Source: Rhodanobacteraceae bacterium (GTDB lineage: Bacteria > Pseudomonadota > Gammaproteobacteria > Xanthomonadales > Rhodanobacteraceae). Taken from it: a stretch of DNA of 28,294 bases. Each line of letters starts with the position of its first letter. Positions within the stretch are counted from its first letter, which is position 1. The DNA is taken from assembly GCA_050738135.1 (NCBI GenBank), contig JBOHYV010000001.1:1-28294 (forward strand). The letters run 5' to 3'. This document shows, piece by piece, positions 1 through 8,018 of the stretch. The position numbers and the translations under genes are program-made. The notes beneath the pieces are model-generated. The model had not been told where the DNA came from, ran no database searches, and saw only the letters and a program-made list of their open reading frames with translations.

Positions 1-142
1 AAGGAAAGTAACCCGCGCGCCTTGGATGCGCGCGGAACCAGACATGGACGTCTTCAGTCCATGGCAGCATGAGCCGCCCAGTGCGTGGCGCGCCCGCGCC
101 GCGGCGAGCCCCGCCACCCCCCCCCCGGAACGCAGCTCGATA

Positions 143-171
143 TTGACTCGCGCGCGGCGCCTGTCTAGCGT
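143..171 (+). promoter_or_regulatory. Putative sigma70 promoter of spoT (TTGACT-17-TAGCGT)
   Basis: -35 TTGACT at 143-148, an exact 17-nt spacer and -10 TAGCGT (TAnnnT) at 166-171. A GC-rich discriminator GCAGCC follows, then the ATG at 178. Confidence 0.6.
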
Positions 172-177
172 GCAGCC

Positions 178-2349
178 ATGCGCAAGCGCAAGACGAAATC
201 GGAAGTTGCCCAAATGGTGCAGCCGCCGGACGGGCCCGGCGATATTGATGCGCTTGCCGCGCAGCTTGCTGCCTATCTTCCACCCGGAGAGATCGAGCGC
301 GTGCGCGGTGCCTACACGGTGGGCGCGCGTGCGCATGCCCGCCAGCGCAGGAAGAGCGGTGAGCCGTACATCACCCATCCACTCGCGGTGGCGACGATCC
401 TGGCCGGATTGCGGCTCGACGCCGAGACGATCATCGCGGCGATCCTGCACGACACGCTGGAAGACACCGGCCTCACGCGCGTACAGCTGGAAACCGGCTT
501 CGGCAGCATCGTGACCGAGCTGGTCGACGGTGTCACCAAGCTCGAGCGCGTGGATTTCGCAAGCAGGCTGGAGGCGGATGCGGAAAGCTTCCGCAAGATG
601 CTGTTGGCGATGGCACGCGACCTGCGCGTGATCCTGATCAAGCTTGCGGATCGCCTGCACAACATGCGCACCTTGTCGGCGATGGCGCCGGATGCGCGGC
701 GCCGGATCGCGCGTGAGACGCTGGAAATCTACGCGCCGATCGCCGCGCGCCTGGGCATGAACGCGATTCGCGCCGAACTGCAGGATCTCGGGTTCCGCAG
801 CCTGTATCCCGACCGCTACAAGATCATTGCCTCGCGCATCAAGCGCACCGTGGGTGACCGTCGCGAGTCGATGGAGCAGATCGAGCATGCGCTGTCGGAG
901 CGCCTGGCTGCCGACGGCGTTCCGGTGCAGATCATCAGCCGCATCAAGGCGCCTTACAGCATCTGGTCGAAGATGCGCAGCGAGCACAAGACCTTCGACC
1001 AGTTGATGGACGTGTATGGAGTCCGCCTGGTGACCGACACGGTTGCGCACTGCTATCAGGCGCTGGGTTCGGCGCATTCGCTGTTCAAGCCGGTGGAAGG
1101 GCGATTCAAGGATTTCATCGCGATTCCCAAGACCAACGGTTATCAGTCGCTGCACACGGTATTGTTCGGGCCGTTCGGCGCGCCGATCGAGATCCAGATC
1201 CGCACCGAGGACATGAATACCGTGGCCGAGCGCGGGGTGGCGGCGCACTGGACCTACAAGACCGACGCCGCGCCCGCCAATAGCGCGCAATCGCGCGCGC
1301 GCGCCTGGGTATCCGGCCTGGCCGACAACCAAGCCTCCACCCCGTCGTCGCTGGAATTCATCGAGAACGTCAAGGTCGACCTGTTTCCCGATGAGGTGTA
1401 CCTGTTCACCCCGGCCGGCGACATCCAGTCGTTGCCGAAGAATGCCACTGCGCTGGATCTGGCCTTCGCCGTGCACACCGACGTCGGCATGCACGCGGTG
1501 GCGGCGCGGGTCGACGGGAAACTTGCGTCACTGCGTTCGCAGCCGGCGTCGGGACAGACCGTCGAGGTGATCACCGCGCCATCGGCGGCGCCCAACCCGC
1601 AATGGCTGGATTTCGCGGTGACCGGCAAGGCGCGCGCCGCGATCCGCCAGTACCTGAAACGCCTGCAACACGAGGACGCGATCGACTTCGGGCACCGCAT
1701 GCTGGAAAGCGCGTTGGACGCCAAGGGCTCCAGTCTCGATGCGGTGCCGCCGGAGGTGCTGGACCGGTTTCTCGCCGAACACAACCTGCGTCGGCTCGAG
1801 GACCTGTTGTCGGACATTGCGTTGGGCAATCGCATGCCCGACCAGGTCGCAGCCAAGCTGACGGCAATGGGCGGCTCGGTCATCGGCGCCACGCGCCACC
1901 GTACCGAAAAAATCCGGATCAGCGGCGCTGAACGCGGAATCCTGAGTTTCGGCAATTGCTGCCATCCGGTGCCGGGCGATGACATCGTCGGTTACCTGTC
2001 GCCGGGCAAGGGCATCGTGGTGCATCGCGTGGAATGCCCCAACGTGATCGAACTTGTCAAGTTGCCCGAACGGCGCGTCGAGATCGGCTGGGACAACGAG
2101 GTGCAGGGTGACTACCGCGTCGAGCTGCGGGTGGAAGTCGTCAATCGTCCGGGCGTGCTGGCCACCGTCTCGGCCGCGATTGCAGAGGCCGAGTCCAACA
2201 TCGACGACGTCAAGTACATCGAGCGCGGCGTGCAGGCCGCCACCCTGATTTTCGCAATCGAGGTGAAACACAGGAAGCACCTCGCCGATGTGATCCGGCG
2301 CATCCGCAACACGAAGGTCGTGAATGGTGTTTATCGCTATCCCCTGTAA
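178..2349 (+). CDS. spoT: Bifunctional (p)ppGpp synthetase/hydrolase SpoT
   Basis: Intact HD hydrolase domain (HPLAVA...AAILHDTLEDT, KLADRLHNMRT), synthetase motifs (RIK..YSI, DVYGVR, RFKD, YQSLHT, EIQIRT), TGS domain, CCHPVPGD zinc-finger region and C-terminal ACT domain. The ATG at 214 is an alternative start. Confidence 0.96.
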   Translation: MRKRKTKSEVAQMVQPPDGPGDIDALAAQLAAYLPPGEIERVRGAYTVGARAHARQRRKSGEPYITHPLAVATILAGLRLDAETIIAAILHDTLEDTGLTRVQLETGFGSIVTELVDGVTKLERVDFASRLEADAESFRKMLLAMARDLRVILIKLADRLHNMRTLSAMAPDARRRIARETLEIYAPIAARLGMNAIRAELQDLGFRSLYPDRYKIIASRIKRTVGDRRESMEQIEHALSERLAADGVPVQIISRIKAPYSIWSKMRSEHKTFDQLMDVYGVRLVTDTVAHCYQALGSAHSLFKPVEGRFKDFIAIPKTNGYQSLHTVLFGPFGAPIEIQIRTEDMNTVAERGVAAHWTYKTDAAPANSAQSRARAWVSGLADNQASTPSSLEFIENVKVDLFPDEVYLFTPAGDIQSLPKNATALDLAFAVHTDVGMHAVAARVDGKLASLRSQPASGQTVEVITAPSAAPNPQWLDFAVTGKARAAIRQYLKRLQHEDAIDFGHRMLESALDAKGSSLDAVPPEVLDRFLAEHNLRRLEDLLSDIALGNRMPDQVAAKLTAMGGSVIGATRHRTEKIRISGAERGILSFGNCCHPVPGDDIVGYLSPGKGIVVHRVECPNVIELVKLPERRVEIGWDNEVQGDYRVELRVEVVNRPGVLATVSAAIAEAESNIDDVKYIERGVQAATLIFAIEVKHRKHLADVIRRIRNTKVVNGVYRYPL

Positions 2350-2442
2350 CCCCCGGACAACTTGCTGCGCCCGACAGGGGTCAGCTCTCCGCCGACAATC
2401 AGCACTAGAATCGCGGCAACACCAAGCTGCCGGAGAGTGAAC

Positions 2443-3078
2443 GTGTCCACAGCCCAGCGTTTCCTCGCGATTTACGCCGGGGTGCTGACCCTGGTTCTGG
2501 CCCTCGCGGCCTTGTACGGGTTTGCCGCGACCGATCGGCATTTCGACGAGATCACCGTCCATCGCATCAACGTCGTCGAACCCGACGGGACCTTGCGTAT
2601 GGTGATCTCGGACCATGCCGAACTTCCGGGTGTCATCGTGCACGGCCAGCAAAAATATCCGCCAACGCGACCGCAGGCGGGCATGCTTTTCTACAACGAC
2701 GAAGGATCCGAAGTCGGCGGGTTGATCTTTGCCGGTCACAAGAATGCGAAAGGCGAAATCGTCGATTCCGGCGGCAGCCTGTCGTTCGACAAATACGGCG
2801 CCAGCCAGGTTGTGCAGCTTGCCGGCGTCGATGACAAGACCGACAAGTTTTCCGGCCTGAGTGTTTCGGGTTATGCGGGAGGGCACCGTTCCCGGCGCAT
2901 CTGGGTCGGGCGCGACGGCAAGGGCGATGCAACGGTGGCGCTGATGGATGCGAAGGGACGCAGGCGGATTCTCCTCGACGTCGCGGCCGATGGCGCGGCC
3001 AGCATGTCGTTCCTCGACGCCAGCGGAAAAGTCATTGAGCGGTTTCCCGCAATCCACAAGCCGACACGAGTTCACTGA
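2443..3078 (+). CDS. Uncharacterised protein with an N-terminal membrane anchor/signal and a beta-rich exported domain
   Basis: GTG at 2443 follows a GGAGA SD (2432-2436). N-terminus is hydrophobic (FLAIYAGVLTLVLALAALYGFAA), followed by FDEITVHRINVVEPDGTLRMVISD and repeated beta-turn units (..D.KG/..D.DG). It fills the spoT-ridA gap cleanly. Confidence 0.75.
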   Translation: MSTAQRFLAIYAGVLTLVLALAALYGFAATDRHFDEITVHRINVVEPDGTLRMVISDHAELPGVIVHGQQKYPPTRPQAGMLFYNDEGSEVGGLIFAGHKNAKGEIVDSGGSLSFDKYGASQVVQLAGVDDKTDKFSGLSVSGYAGGHRSRRIWVGRDGKGDATVALMDAKGRRRILLDVAADGAASMSFLDASGKVIERFPAIHKPTRVH

Positions 3079-3093
3079 CCAAGGAGCCACACG

Positions 3094-3480
3094 ATGCCCC
3101 GTGCCCCGATCCATTCCGATGCCGCACCGAACGCCATCGGTCCCTACTCACAGGCCGTGCGCGCCGGCGACACGTTGTATCTTTCGGGCCAGGTGCCGCT
3201 CGATCCCGCGACCGGCGAAATGGTGGCCGGCGATATTGGCGCACAGGCGACGCGTGTGTTCGAAAACCTGGAAGCGGTGCTCGCCGCGGGCGGCGCCACG
3301 TTCGACGACGTGGTGCGGGTTGCCATCTACATGCCCGATCTCGGCAATTTCGGTGCAGTCAACGACGTAATGAAGCGGTACTTTCGCGAGCCCTATCCCG
3401 CGCGCTCGACCATCGGCGTGGCGGCGCTGCCGAAGGGTGCTGCGGTGGAGGTCGACTTGATCGCGGTGACGTCCGGCTGA
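3094..3480 (+). CDS. ridA: RidA/YjgF/UK114-family enamine/imine deaminase
   Basis: AP.AIGPYSQAV, LYLSGQVPLDP, PARST (catalytic Arg) and LPKGAAVEVD motifs; AAGGAG SD at 3081-3086. Confidence 0.92.
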   Translation: MPRAPIHSDAAPNAIGPYSQAVRAGDTLYLSGQVPLDPATGEMVAGDIGAQATRVFENLEAVLAAGGATFDDVVRVAIYMPDLGNFGAVNDVMKRYFREPYPARSTIGVAALPKGAAVEVDLIAVTSG

Positions 3481-3522
3481 CCGCTCGGCCGCGGCACGCA
3501 CGCCTTCCGCTACCCTTTACGG

Positions 3523-5628
3523 GTGATGGTGTCCGCCCGCGACCACGTCGATCCGCATGCCGACCCCGGCGTTGCACCGGTCACGACGCTGTCCGGCACA
3601 GGCCCGGCGCTGGCCGGGACCTTGCGCAAACTCGGCCTCGAGCGGGTGCAGGATCTTTGGTTTCACCTGCCGCTGCGCTACGAGGACCGCACCCGCATTA
3701 CGTCGATCCGCGATCTCGTGGCCGGTGAATCCGCGCAGGTGGAAGGCAAGGTCGAAGCAGTCGAAGCCGGTTTCCGCTATCGACCCCAGCTGCGTGTCGA
3801 GGTCACGGACGCGTCGCGCGCAACGTTGGTGCTGCGGTTCTTCCATTTTCGCCGCCAGCAGGCGCAGCAATTTGCACCCGGTGTCCGGTTGCGCTGTTAC
3901 GGCGCGATCCGCCACGGCCAGCACGGCCTGGAAATGGTGCATCCGCAGTATCGCATCCTGCACGGCGAGGTCGCGGTCGAAGCAACGCTGACGCCGATTT
4001 ATCCGGTGACCGAGGGTCTGGGTCAGCAGCGGCTGCGCGGCGTGATCGACAAGGCGCTCGCGTGCTTGCCCGGTGAAACCGTGCTGGAATTGGTTCCGCG
4101 TGATTTGCTGGAGCCATTGGGATTGATGCCGTTGCGCGACGCGTTGCTGGGCGTGCACCGGCCGACGCCGGACGCGGATGTCCAGGCCCTGCTTGCGGGC
4201 CGGCATCCCGCGCAGCAACGGTTGGCCTTTGAGGAATTGCTGGCTCACCATTTGAGTTTGAAGCGACTGCGCGCAAGGGTCCGCAGGCATCGCGCTCCGG
4301 CGCTGCCTGCCGATCCGGATTTGCGCCGGCGATTCCTCGATGCGTTGCCATTCACGCTGACGCGGGCGCAACAGCGCGTGACCCGGGAAATCGGGCGCGA
4401 CCTGGACAAACGCGTGCCGATGCTCAGGCTGATACAGGGCGATGTGGGCTCCGGCAAGACGGTCGTTGCCGCGCTGGCCGCGCTGCGTGCGATCGCGAAC
4501 GGTCGGCAGACTGCCCTGATGGCGCCGACGGAGCTGCTTGCCGAGCAACACCTGCGCAGCTTTCGCGAATGGTTCGAGCCGCTCGACATCGAAGTGGCGT
4601 GGCTGGCCGGCAAGGTGACCGGGCGCGCGCGCACGAAGGCGCTGGCGCAGCTTGCCGCCGGCATTCCGATTGCCGTCGGCACGCATGCGCTGATGCAGGA
4701 AGGCGTGGAGTTCGCGCGGCTCGGACTGGTGATCGTGGACGAGCAGCACCGATTCGGCGTGCAGCAGCGCATGGCGCTGCGCGACAAGGGCACGGCGGAC
4801 GGCGAGGCGCCACATCAACTGGTACTGACCGCGACGCCGATTCCGCGCACGTTGGCGATGTGTGCCTATGCCGATCTCGATGTGTCGGGCCTTGACGAAT
4901 TGCCGCCGGGGCGCACGCCCGTGCGCACGGTGGTCATCGCCAACACCCGCCGCGACGAGGTGATCAAGCGCATCCGTGCGGCTTGTGCGGAAGGGCGACA
5001 GGCATATTGGGTTTGCACGCTCATAGAAGACAGCGATTTGCTGCAGGCGCAAGCTGCCGAAGTGGCCTACGCACAGTTGTGCAAGGCGCTCCCGGAACTG
5101 GCCGTGGGCCTTGTCCACGGACGCATGAAACCGAAGGAAAAGCAGGCGGCGATGGATGCATTCAAGAATGGCCGCATCGTCCTGCTGGTTGCAACCACCG
5201 TGGTCGAAGTCGGCGTGGATGTGCCCAACGCCAGCTTGATGGTGATCGAAAACGCCGAACGGCTGGGTCTCGCGCAATTGCACCAGTTGCGTGGGCGAGT
5301 CGGGCGCGGCAATGTCGCTTCGTCCTGCGCATTGTTGTACCAGCCGCCGCTGTCGAGCCTGGCGAAACAGCGGCTGGAAACCCTGCGCGAAACCAGCGAC
5401 GGTTTCGAGATCGCGGAAAAGGACCTGCGCTTGCGCGGCCCCGGTGAATTGCTGGGCACGCGCCAAACCGGCGAGATGGGTTTCCGGGTGGCCGACATCG
5501 TGCGCGACGCCAGCTTGATGCCGGCGGTACAACGGGTCGGCGCCACGATGCTGCGCGAACATCCCGCGTTGGCGCGGCGCCTGATCGGGCGCTGGATCGG
5601 TGCCGCCGCGCGGTTTGCCGAGGCCTGA
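3523..5628 (+). CDS. recG: ATP-dependent DNA helicase RecG
   Basis: HLPLRYEDRT wedge domain, QGDVGSGKT (motif I), MAPTELLAEQH, DEQHRFGV, TATPIPRTL, QLHQLRGRVGRG and DLRLRGPGELLGTRQTG (TRG motif). Start is uncertain among 3523, 3526 and 3529. Confidence 0.97.
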   Translation: MMVSARDHVDPHADPGVAPVTTLSGTGPALAGTLRKLGLERVQDLWFHLPLRYEDRTRITSIRDLVAGESAQVEGKVEAVEAGFRYRPQLRVEVTDASRATLVLRFFHFRRQQAQQFAPGVRLRCYGAIRHGQHGLEMVHPQYRILHGEVAVEATLTPIYPVTEGLGQQRLRGVIDKALACLPGETVLELVPRDLLEPLGLMPLRDALLGVHRPTPDADVQALLAGRHPAQQRLAFEELLAHHLSLKRLRARVRRHRAPALPADPDLRRRFLDALPFTLTRAQQRVTREIGRDLDKRVPMLRLIQGDVGSGKTVVAALAALRAIANGRQTALMAPTELLAEQHLRSFREWFEPLDIEVAWLAGKVTGRARTKALAQLAAGIPIAVGTHALMQEGVEFARLGLVIVDEQHRFGVQQRMALRDKGTADGEAPHQLVLTATPIPRTLAMCAYADLDVSGLDELPPGRTPVRTVVIANTRRDEVIKRIRAACAEGRQAYWVCTLIEDSDLLQAQAAEVAYAQLCKALPELAVGLVHGRMKPKEKQAAMDAFKNGRIVLLVATTVVEVGVDVPNASLMVIENAERLGLAQLHQLRGRVGRGNVASSCALLYQPPLSSLAKQRLETLRETSDGFEIAEKDLRLRGPGELLGTRQTGEMGFRVADIVRDASLMPAVQRVGATMLREHPALARRLIGRWIGAAARFAEA

Positions 5629-5734
5629 ATCCGGTTGCGCGGATGTGGTCGGTGCACGCCTGGTCTTGCGGTTTGTTCGACCGTTGCGGTGCGCGGGCAA
5701 CGGCGGGGGTGGTCGGCCACGAGGAGTAAAAGTC

Positions 5735-7255
5735 ATGTCGAGCGCTGCCGTGGAAACCGATGTGCTGATCGTGGGCGCGGGCCCGGTCGGACTGTTCCTC
5801 GCCAACGAATGCGCGCGTCGCGGGCTGCGCTGGCGCCTTGTCGAGACGCACGCCTCGCAGTCGGAACATTCCAAGGCGCTTGCGATCTTTTCGCGCACCC
5901 TCGAAATCTTCGACATGGCGGGCCTGGCCGGACCGTTCCTCGAACTGGCCAATCGCGTCAACTCGATCCGCCTGACGACTCGCGATCGCACCCTGGCCCG
6001 CATGCCGTTCGCGCCCGACAACAGCGTGTATCCGTTTGTCGCGATGGTGCCCCAGGACGTGACTGAGCGCCTGTTGGTCGACGCCCTTGGCCGCAACGGT
6101 GGCGCGGTGGAGTACCGGACCTCATTCGTCGGCGCCGTCCAGCACGACGATCGCGTGGACGTGACGCTGGAGCGGAACGGCGAGCGGGAAACGACTTCCG
6201 CCGGCTTCGTGGTGGGCTGCGACGGTGCGCACAGCGCGGTGCGGCGATTGCTGGGACTGCCGTTCGAAGGCGGCGAGTACAAGGCGCGGTTCATGCTGGC
6301 CGACATCGAAACCAACGACGCGTTTCCGGCCGCGGAGATGCAGCTGTGCCCGAACAGCGACGGACCGCTCGCGATCTTCCCGATGAGCGCCACGCGCCGC
6401 CGCATCGTGGCGATGATCGACGATCCCGAAGGTGGGTCACCTTCGCTGGAATCGGTGCGCCAGCTGCTTGCCGAACGCGCGCCGCCCGGCATCGAAGCGC
6501 GTGCCCTCAACTGGAGCAGTTATTTCCACATCCACCATCGCCGCGTTTCGCGGCTGCGCGAGCGTCGCATGTTCGTCGCCGGCGACGCCGCCCACATCCA
6601 CAGCCCGTTCGGCGGCCAAGGCATGAATACCGGGCTGCAGGACGCGTGGAACCTGGTCTGGAAGCTGGACCTCGTGGTGCGGGACCACGCCAACGATGCG
6701 CTGCTGGACAGCTACAGTGCCGAACGCGTTCCGGTCATCAAGGGCGTCATCGGGACCACCGATCACCTGACCCGCGCATTGGGTACGCCGAACCGCCTTG
6801 CCGAGGCCCTGCGCGACGCGGTGATTCCGCTGGTTTCGCGGCTCGCGCCGTTCCAGCACGCGGTCGTGCAAAGGTTGTCGGGACTCGGTATCGCCTATCA
6901 CGGCAGTCCCGTCATCGAGGGCGCCGGCAAACGCTATCTCGACGATTCCATGCGCGATGGTTCGGGTGTCCGCAGCCGCTATCTGCTGCTGGTCGACGAA
7001 AACGCGGCACCCCCGGTGCTCGAAGGCGCCCGGCGGCTGGTCGATGCCCTCGCGGCGCTGGTGGAATTGCAACAGGTGGGGCGCCGCGGCATCATGCTGG
7101 TTCGACCCGATGGCCATGTTGCCTTCGAGGACGCCCGTGCCGGTGGCGCGGCGCTGGCATCCGTGCAAGCGCTGCTGGAATGCCAGAGCGCCGCATCGCG
7201 GGCACACGGCTTGCCTGCAAAATTGGCGCGGGTTACAATTCCGCCCTTGCCTTGA
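5735..7255 (+). CDS. Group A FAD-dependent monooxygenase (PHBH/aromatic-ring hydroxylase family), substrate unknown
   Basis: GAGPVG Rossmann motif, [11 protein letters not shown] (DG motif) and [25 protein letters not shown] (GD motif), plus C-terminal [11 protein letters not shown] at 5735 follows a GAGGAG SD at 5721-5726. Confidence 0.9.
   Translation: MSSAAVETDVLIVGAGPVGLFLANECARRGLRWRLVETHASQSEHSKALAIFSRTLEIFDMAGLAGPFLELANRVNSIRLTTRDRTLARMPFAPDNSVYPFVAMVPQDVTERLLVDALGRNGGAVEYRTSFVGAVQHDDRVDVTLERNGERETTSAGFVVGCDGAHSAVRRLLGLPFEGGEYKARFMLADIETNDAFPAAEMQLCPNSDGPLAIFPMSATRRRIVAMIDDPEGGSPSLESVRQLLAERAPPGIEARALNWSSYFHIHHRRVSRLRERRMFVAGDAAHIHSPFGGQGMNTGLQDAWNLVWKLDLVVRDHANDALLDSYSAERVPVIKGVIGTTDHLTRALGTPNRLAEALRDAVIPLVSRLAPFQHAVVQRLSGLGIAYHGSPVIEGAGKRYLDDSMRDGSGVRSRYLLLVDENAAPPVLEGARRLVDALAALVELQQVGRRGIMLVRPDGHVAFEDARAGGAALASVQALLECQSAASRAHGLPAKLARVTIPPLP
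7211..7239 (+). promoter_or_regulatory. Sigma70 promoter of rpmE2 (TTGCCT-17-TACAAT), inside the 3' end of the monooxygenase ORF
   Basis: -35 TTGCCT at 7211-7216, 17-nt spacer, -10 TACAAT at 7234-7239 and a GC-rich discriminator TCCGCCC. Confidence 0.7.
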
Positions 7256-7280
7256 GCATTCACTGTCAGACGGACCCGCC

Positions 7281-7532
7281 ATGAAAGCCGACATCCATCC
7301 CGACTACCATCCGGTGGTTTTCCAGGACGCAGCGTCCGATTTCGCGTTCCTGACGCGTTCGACGATGACCAGCGAGGAAACCGTCAAGTGGGAAGACGGC
7401 AATGAATATCCCGTGATCAAAGTCGATATTTCATCGGCCTCGCATCCCTTCTACACAGGCAAGCAGAAGGTGATGGATGCGGGCGGCCGCATCGACAAGT
7501 TCAAGCGCCGTTACGCGGGCGGCAAGAAGTGA
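7281..7532 (+). CDS. rpmE2: 50S ribosomal protein L31 type B (zinc-independent)
   Basis: 83 aa, [16 protein letters not shown]...WEDGNEYP...[14 protein letters not shown]...[11 protein letters not shown], with no cysteines. Confidence 0.96.
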   Translation: MKADIHPDYHPVVFQDAASDFAFLTRSTMTSEETVKWEDGNEYPVIKVDISSASHPFYTGKQKVMDAGGRIDKFKRRYAGGKK

Positions 7533-7542
7533 CGACAGGACG

Positions 7543-7862
7543 TCGTCATCCCGGACAGCACTTGGACGTGCTTTGATCCGGGATCCATGATTGGAATCAC
7601 TCATCCCGTGCAGGCCATGGATGGCCGATGACACGGGATCCAGAACGAAACCCTCGTCATCCCGGACAGCACTTGGACGTGCTTTGATCAGGGATCCATG
7701 ATTGGAAATCACTCATCCCGTGCAAGGCGAGTCGCTGCGTTTGCGAGATGCGACTGACGCATCTCGCGCAGCGGCAAGCGCCGTAGGCAGATGCCGAAGG
7801 CGGGCCATTTGTCCGAGGCAGGATGCCGAGGCTAATGGCGGACGGCCGATGACACGGGATCC
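7543..7862 (+). repeat. Tandem duplication (units start at 7543 and 7654) containing four CGTC-type REP-like palindromes TCATCCCG...CGGGATCC
   Basis: Stems: ATCCCGGA/TCCGGGAT (7548-7555/7577-7584), ATCCCGTG/CACGGGAT (7603-7610/7632-7639), ATCCCGGA/TCAGGGAT (7659-7666/7688-7695) and ATCCCGTG/CACGGGAT (7715-7722/7853-7860). The fourth carries a 119-bp insert. Confidence 0.9.
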
Positions 7863-7876
7863 GGAGCTGTTCCCCG

Positions 7877-7907
7877 ACGCCTTTCGCGCATGCGCGAAAG
7901 GCGTTTT
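7877..7907 (+). terminator. Intrinsic terminator downstream of rpmE2 and the repeat array
   Basis: Perfect 28-bp palindrome ACGCCTTTCGCGCA/TGCGCGAAAGGCGT (7877-7904) running into a T tract. Confidence 0.75.
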
Positions 7908-7952
7908 CATTGTCCGCGGGTAACCGCGACGCCTGCGTGAGTCTGCGCATCG

Positions 7953-7961
7953 TGCGATAAT
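7953..7961 (+). promoter_or_regulatory. Possible extended -10 promoter element for gltA (TGcGATAAT)
   Basis: TGn-GATAAT lies between the terminator and the gltA SD (AGGAGG at 8007-8012). No clear -35. Confidence 0.4.
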
Positions 7962-8018
7962 CGACCGGTTAAATCCAGCGAAGCGTCGAGCATCGCAACG
8001 TATTGCAGGAGGCTGCCT

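Noticed and set aside
1..11. Possible 3' end of an upstream gene (rpoZ expected), stop TAA at 9-11
   Set aside because: Too little sequence to assign a frame or identity.
3517..6510. 997-aa minus-strand ORF and other long antisense ORFs (1528-3114, 16237-18627, 22936-24624, 24638-26344, 11880-13151)
   Set aside because: They are shadows of well-supported genes on the opposite strand, expected from high-GC codon bias, and show no recognisable motifs.
6957..7280. N-terminal extension of L31 (191-aa ORF)
   Set aside because: It overlaps the monooxygenase in another frame and lies upstream of the rpmE2 promoter. L31 homology starts at ATG 7281.
7725..7843. Possible tRNA or known riboswitch in the multi-branched insert
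   Set aside because: No TTC T-loop, D-loop GG geometry, anticodon arm or CCA end. It lies upstream of the terminator rather than in the gltA leader, and I recognised no riboswitch consensus.
7543..7862. Possible CRISPR array
   Set aside because: There are only two long units with near-identical internal sequence rather than unique spacers, the lengths are irregular, and no cas genes are present. A REP tandem duplication explains it better.
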